Position numbers and translations under genes: made by a program. Of a stretch of 64,000 nt of DNA, positions 59,802 to 64,000 are shown one piece after another; position 1 is the stretch's first letter; each line of letters starts with the position of its first letter. This DNA comes from Christensenellales bacterium (GTDB taxonomy: Bacteria > Bacillota > Clostridia > Christensenellales > UBA1750), in NCBI GenBank assembly GCA_050942895.1, contig JBMNOE010000006.1, forward strand, positions 35,578 to 99,577. Direction: 5' to 3'. Under the pieces are notes generated by a model. That model searched no databases. It saw only the letters and a list, made by a program, of their open reading frames with translations, and was not told where the DNA came from.

Positions 59802-61202
59802 GTGTTAGAATTCGATATTGAATCCGGACAGGGCGCGAAAATAAAGGTGCTCGGCGTGGGCGGAGCCGGTAGCAATGCGGTGAACCGCATGGTGGAGCAC
59901 GGGCTGAGGGGCGTCGAGTTTATTGCTGTAAATACGGACAGGCAGGCTCTTGCGCTGTCAAAGGCGGGGCAGAAGCTTCAGATAGGTGAAAAGCTGACAA
60001 GAGGCTTGGGCGCCGGCGCTGTTCCGGATATCGGCAAGCGCGCGGCGGAGGAAAGCCGCGAAGATCTAACCGCCGCCATGAAGGGCAGCGACCTGGTGTT
60101 CATCACTGCGGGCATGGGCGGGGGCACCGGCACGGGCGCTGCGCCTGTCATAGCCGCCCTTGCGAGGGAGATGGACATACTCACGATCGGCGTTGTGACA
60201 AAGCCCTTCATGTTTGAGGGCCGTCAGCGCATGCTGAATGCTGAAAGAGGCATCCAGGAGCTCAAGGGCTGCGTGGACACCCTGGTGGTCATCCCCAATG
60301 AAAAGCTATTCCAGGTGGTGGGCAAAAACACAAGCATGATGGACGCCTTTAAGATAGCCGACGACGTCCTGCGCCAGGGCATACAGGGCATTTCAGACCT
60401 GATCGCCATACCGGCGATGATCAACCTGGACTTTGCCGACATAAAGACGGTCATGGCCAAGCGCGGCATGGCTCACATGGGCATAGGCATAGGCAGGGGT
60501 GACGACAGGATGACCGAGGCCGCGAGGCAGGCTGTCCTGAGCCCGATGCTGGAAACCTCCATCGAGGGCGCTCGCGCGGTTTTGATAAACATCACCGGCG
60601 GCCCCAACATGGGTATTTTGGAAGTGAACGACGCCGCCAGCTTGATCCACCAGAACGCGGATCCGGAGGCCAACATAATCTTCGGTGTGGCTATAGACGA
60701 GACACTGGAGGACGCAGTGCGCATCACTGTCATAGCGACGGGCTTCGAGGAAAGGCCCTCACAGCAGGAGTCGGAAAAGAAGGAAGCGCCTGCTCACGGG
60801 CAGCGCTATCAGTTCCAGCAGCAGGTTGATTCATCTCCCGAGGAAGAGCCGGATGATTATTTTGACCCAAACGAGCCGGAGATTCCCGAATGGGTGCGCG
60901 CCGACAGGAGGCCCTCCAGCAGTTCCTCCACAGACTATACCCGCAGAGCCTACAGCCCGGGCGACCTGGCTTCTGCAAGGTCGGATCGCACCGCAGCAGG
61001 CAGGCAGGCGCCCCAGCCGCGCACTTATGCCAGGGAGGATGAGCGTCCCGTATACGGCCAGCCCATCACAAGGCCGCAGGCGCCGGCGCAGGAGCCCCTT
61101 CGCACTGTGAGCCGTGAGCAGCAGGAGGAGCCTGTGACTGCGCAAAAGGGCGGCATGAAGCCGGATATCCCCTCGTTCCTGCGTAGAAATCCTAAGAAGT
61201 AA
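59802..61202 (+). CDS. ftsZ: Cell division protein FtsZ with long C-terminal linker
   Basis: [23 protein letters not shown] and C-terminal DIPSFLR. Probable GTG start. Confidence 0.98.
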   Translation: MLEFDIESGQGAKIKVLGVGGAGSNAVNRMVEHGLRGVEFIAVNTDRQALALSKAGQKLQIGEKLTRGLGAGAVPDIGKRAAEESREDLTAAMKGSDLVFITAGMGGGTGTGAAPVIAALAREMDILTIGVVTKPFMFEGRQRMLNAERGIQELKGCVDTLVVIPNEKLFQVVGKNTSMMDAFKIADDVLRQGIQGISDLIAIPAMINLDFADIKTVMAKRGMAHMGIGIGRGDDRMTEAARQAVLSPMLETSIEGARAVLINITGGPNMGILEVNDAASLIHQNADPEANIIFGVAIDETLEDAVRITVIATGFEERPSQQESEKKEAPAHGQRYQFQQQVDSSPEEEPDDYFDPNEPEIPEWVRADRRPSSSSSTDYTRRAYSPGDLASARSDRTAAGRQAPQPRTYAREDERPVYGQPITRPQAPAQEPLRTVSREQQEEPVTAQKGGMKPDIPSFLRRNPKK

Positions 61203-61225
61203 GACGCTGAGCAAATAAAAAACAA

Positions 61226-61270
61226 ACCCCGCCGTCAGAATTATCAGCTCTGGCAGCGGGGTCTTTTGTT
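61226..61270. terminator. Terminator between ftsZ and the convergent acyltransferase
   Basis: ACCCCGC...GCGGGGT-CTTTT, with an A-run on the other side. Confidence 0.7.
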
Positions 61271-61302
61271 GCATTCCATTTTATTTTAAACGAAATGAAT
61301 GA

Positions 61303-61986
61303 TTAGCTTTGGCTAAGCCGGTTGATGGCATCGCGAATCTCCTGGGAGACGCGCAGCTTACCGTCCATGAAGGATTCGCCATCCTTGAAGGTTATGGGAT
61401 CGCCGATTAAAAGAGACTTTTTCTCGGTATCTGCCGCCAGCGGCACGAATTTAAGATGGGTTTTCTGGCTCTTATAATAAAAGCGTTCAAGCTGGAGAAA
61501 GCCGGTGTATATATCGCCCATATCCTCGTCAGGGCTGGAATAATCGATGTCGGGGAATATGATTACACTCTGCCCTTTCTTGAGGGCATCCATTGTCTGG
61601 GAAATGGTCTGGCGAATCTGCATTGAGCCGCGATAGACGGGTATGGAGCCCCCGGAGCGCAGCAACGCGGAGTATATCGCTGCGGCGGGGACGGCCAGCA
61701 ATGCTGCCAGCAGCTTTGGTATACGCTTTCTTTTGGTGAATGTAAACTCGATGAAATGGCGGTAGCATCTTTTAAAGCCTAAGAAAACATGCAGCACCCA
61801 TGTGCGCACCTCCCCGGGAAACCACAGCAACGAAAAGACAGGGCCGCGCATGTTCTGGTGATGGCCCACATAGACCACCGGCGCTTCCAGGCTCCCTTTT
61901 TCGGGCACGGATTTTGGCGGGACAAAAAACTTAACCAATGCTTTTATGCTTTTAAAAAAACTACCGTAGATATTCAAAAAATTCAT
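61303..61986 (-). CDS. PlsC-like glycerolipid acyltransferase family protein
   Basis: PVVYVGHH, IPVYR and IIFPD blocks. Start is uncertain (61986 or 62010). Confidence 0.7.
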   Translation of the reverse strand: MNFLNIYGSFFKSIKALVKFFVPPKSVPEKGSLEAPVVYVGHHQNMRGPVFSLLWFPGEVRTWVLHVFLGFKRCYRHFIEFTFTKRKRIPKLLAALLAVPAAAIYSALLRSGGSIPVYRGSMQIRQTISQTMDALKKGQSVIIFPDIDYSSPDEDMGDIYTGFLQLERFYYKSQKTHLKFVPLAADTEKKSLLIGDPITFKDGESFMDGKLRVSQEIRDAINRLSQS

Positions 61987-62017
61987 CCTTCCGCTAAGCG
62001 AGACGAGCATCCGGCTT

Positions 62018-63634
62018 TTATTGCCGGGCTTCAAAGAACATATTATCCACAAAGAGGGAGTTGAACTCCTGAAGCTGGGAAAGCTCGATATATCGCATGT
62101 TTTCAGCCACGTCTGCGGCTTTTTCGGCCAATTGGTCAAAGAGCAGCGCCAGATAGGCGCCGGCCCCTGCGGCGTTGCCCGCCTGGGTGATTTTACCTGC
62201 GAAGGCCTTATCCAAAAGCCCGATATCAATGGCGGATTCGCTCCTCATATAGTTGCCGAAGCCGCCGGCAAGGTATACTCTTTGCACATCCCTTGGTGAA
62301 AGTTTCATATGGTTTAAAAGAACCTGCGCGCCGGAGGCGATGGCGCTTTTTGCCAACTGAACCTGCCGGACGTCCGCCTGGTTGATGTAAACGCCCTGCG
62401 CTAAATTATATGCAGGACCGTTTTTCCCATACGCGACCAATGGAGATTCTTCGTCAAAGGCGCCGGTTTCGTCGATAGCGCCGCTTCTTACAAGGCCCGC
62501 GACGGCGTCCAAAAGGCCGCTGCCGCATATTCCCGTGGGTTTCTTGCCACCGATGGTGGTAAAGCCGGTCTTTACTCCTTCTATGAAAACCTCGCTGATG
62601 GCGCCCTCCTTGGCGACGCTGCCGCAGCTTATATGCGCCCCCTCAAAGGCGGGGCCGGCAGCCGCTGAGCAACAGACCATGCCATGCTTTCCGCCCAGGA
62701 CGATCTCGCCGTTGGTGCCGATGTCCAGCAAGAGGGCGATTCCGTCAAACTCGTGCATCCCGCAGGCGATGACCGCGGCGACTGTGTCCGCGCCCACATA
62801 GCCTGAAACGCAGGGCAGTGTGGTGAAGGCGGCGTTTTCAAAGGGAAGGCCCATGCGTTTCGCCCCAACGGACATGGCATTTGTGAAACTTGGGGTGAAA
62901 GGCGCACGCACTATGCCGCTGACTGATTCCTCCATCAGCATATGCAGCATTATCGTGTTTCCGACAGCGGTAAGCTGCGCGACGTCTGACGCTGGAACGC
63001 CCGCCTGAGCGCAAAGCTCAATGGACATACCGGCGATCTGCCCCCTTATGGCGGTGGACAGCTCTTTAAGCCCGCCTTCGCCCTCGGAGAATGCCGCCCT
63101 GGTGATGACGTCTGCGCCGTGAGCCTTCTGGGCGTTAAGAGCGCTTATAACCGCAAGGATTTCGCCTGATGAAAGATCCGCCAAATATGCGGCAACGGTG
63201 GTTGTGCCGATGTCTATCGCAACGCCGAAGCCTTTTTTCTCATGCTTGAGATTGGGGGCAAAGGCGCTGGAAAAGCCTGTCAGCACGCTGGCTTTGCTGC
63301 TTGGAAGCTCTATCTCGCAGTCGTAAAGGGCCTGCTGACGGCAGAGGAGACGCATACCTTTTTCAAGCTCCTCCGAAGGCAAAAGCTCTCTTTCCAGGCC
63401 TGTTATCGCAGGGGACTGCTCGCCTTGGCCGGTGTTGATATCGATATATGCCCGGCATTTTCCGCAGCGGCCGCCGCCCCCGCAGGGTGCGTCCACCGGC
63501 ACATTGCTCTCTGTCAGCGCCTTAAGCAGATTTTTACCGCGCTCGCACTCGATTATTGTACCGCCTGCATCACTGCCGGATTTCACCAGCAGCCTTACCT
63601 TGCCGCCTTGGGCCTTTCCGTCCAATCCGCTCAT
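62018..63634 (-). CDS. ASKHA-domain corrinoid reductive activator (RACo / DUF4445) with N-terminal [2Fe-2S] domain
   Basis: CGGGGRCGKC...RLLC, DIGTTT, DVITR, DIGTNGE, AGPAFEG, GICGSG and LAGGFG. Confidence 0.92.
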   Translation of the reverse strand: MSGLDGKAQGGKVRLLVKSGSDAGGTIIECERGKNLLKALTESNVPVDAPCGGGGRCGKCRAYIDINTGQGEQSPAITGLERELLPSEELEKGMRLLCRQQALYDCEIELPSSKASVLTGFSSAFAPNLKHEKKGFGVAIDIGTTTVAAYLADLSSGEILAVISALNAQKAHGADVITRAAFSEGEGGLKELSTAIRGQIAGMSIELCAQAGVPASDVAQLTAVGNTIMLHMLMEESVSGIVRAPFTPSFTNAMSVGAKRMGLPFENAAFTTLPCVSGYVGADTVAAVIACGMHEFDGIALLLDIGTNGEIVLGGKHGMVCCSAAAGPAFEGAHISCGSVAKEGAISEVFIEGVKTGFTTIGGKKPTGICGSGLLDAVAGLVRSGAIDETGAFDEESPLVAYGKNGPAYNLAQGVYINQADVRQVQLAKSAIASGAQVLLNHMKLSPRDVQRVYLAGGFGNYMRSESAIDIGLLDKAFAGKITQAGNAAGAGAYLALLFDQLAEKAADVAENMRYIELSQLQEFNSLFVDNMFFEARQ

Positions 63635-63668
63635 CTCTTTGCCCTTTCATGCTTTTTCACCGTATTTA

Positions 63669-64000
63669 TTATATCGAAACAGCTCCATATGAGCTCTTGC
63701 CATGGGTAAGCGCCACGCCGCCGTATATGCTGAGGGCGAACTCAAGCATCCGGGGATCGTCGCTGTCCAGGCAAAGGGGGGCTTTCAGCACTTGCTGCGC
63801 TTCAAGCATCAGCTCCTCCGTCTGCTCACGCCCAAGGCCGCTTATGTCTATGCGGACAGCCGCCGCGTCGGGGTCTGCATCGTAAAGATCGTCAACCGTC
63901 GCGGGGATTGTCTGAAACTCGCCGCGAATATCGGACATAGGAAAAATCTTCCTTTGAGTTACCGCCGCCTTGATATCCTCGCCTTCCGGCACAAAGCTGC
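63669..64000 (-). CDS. C-terminus of a probable homocysteine/corrinoid methyltransferase-family protein (partial)
   Basis: Frame is open to the window edge. PLCLDSDDPRMLEFALSIYGG resembles the pterin-binding-domain motif PL.IDS....LE.AL..Y.G. Adjacent to RACo. Confidence 0.55.
   Translation of the reverse strand, partial: SFVPEGEDIKAAVTQRKIFPMSDIRGEFQTIPATVDDLYDADPDAAAVRIDISGLGREQTEELMLEAQQVLKAPLCLDSDDPRMLEFALSIYGGVALTHGKSSYGAVSI

Overview
A 64-kb chromosomal segment from a GC-rich, spore-forming Firmicute. Clostridia is likely (yunB, spoVD/spoVE-type dcw cluster, rplU-prp-rpmA with extended L27); finer taxonomy cannot be settled from sequence alone. Contents in order: carbohydrate ABC importer with AraC regulator; E2-E3-fused E1 2-oxoacid dehydrogenase operon; DAG-kinase; mscL; desulfoferrodoxin; apgM-ade-DUF362-GNAT; Ogg; ribosomal protein operon with L21 leader; TIM-barrel and 2-hydroxyacid dehydrogenase; lipoprotein serpin; thioesterase-pepF; a decayed IS3-family element; a heterodimeric ABC exporter; yunB; PBP1A; asnS-prfB(frameshift)-tsaD; the mraZ-ftsZ dcw cluster; and a RACo/ASKHA gene with a partial methyltransferase-like gene. 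There are no rRNA, tRNA, cas genes or prophage. The most interesting signals are mostly non-coding. (1) An unannotated 36-aa leader peptide with terminator/antiterminator sits upstream of the ABC exporter. (2) The IS3 element is inserted in the loop of a terminator with an apparently long (up to 10 bp) target duplication. (3) An ECF-type promoter is embedded in a terminator/anti-SD hairpin in front of the serpin. (4) A DapA-family protein lacks its catalytic Lys and Tyr. (5) A three-way-junction leader lies upstream of mscL. (6) A perfect 39-bp direct repeat lies between yunB and PBP1A. All calls come from manual motif reading; no database searches were run.
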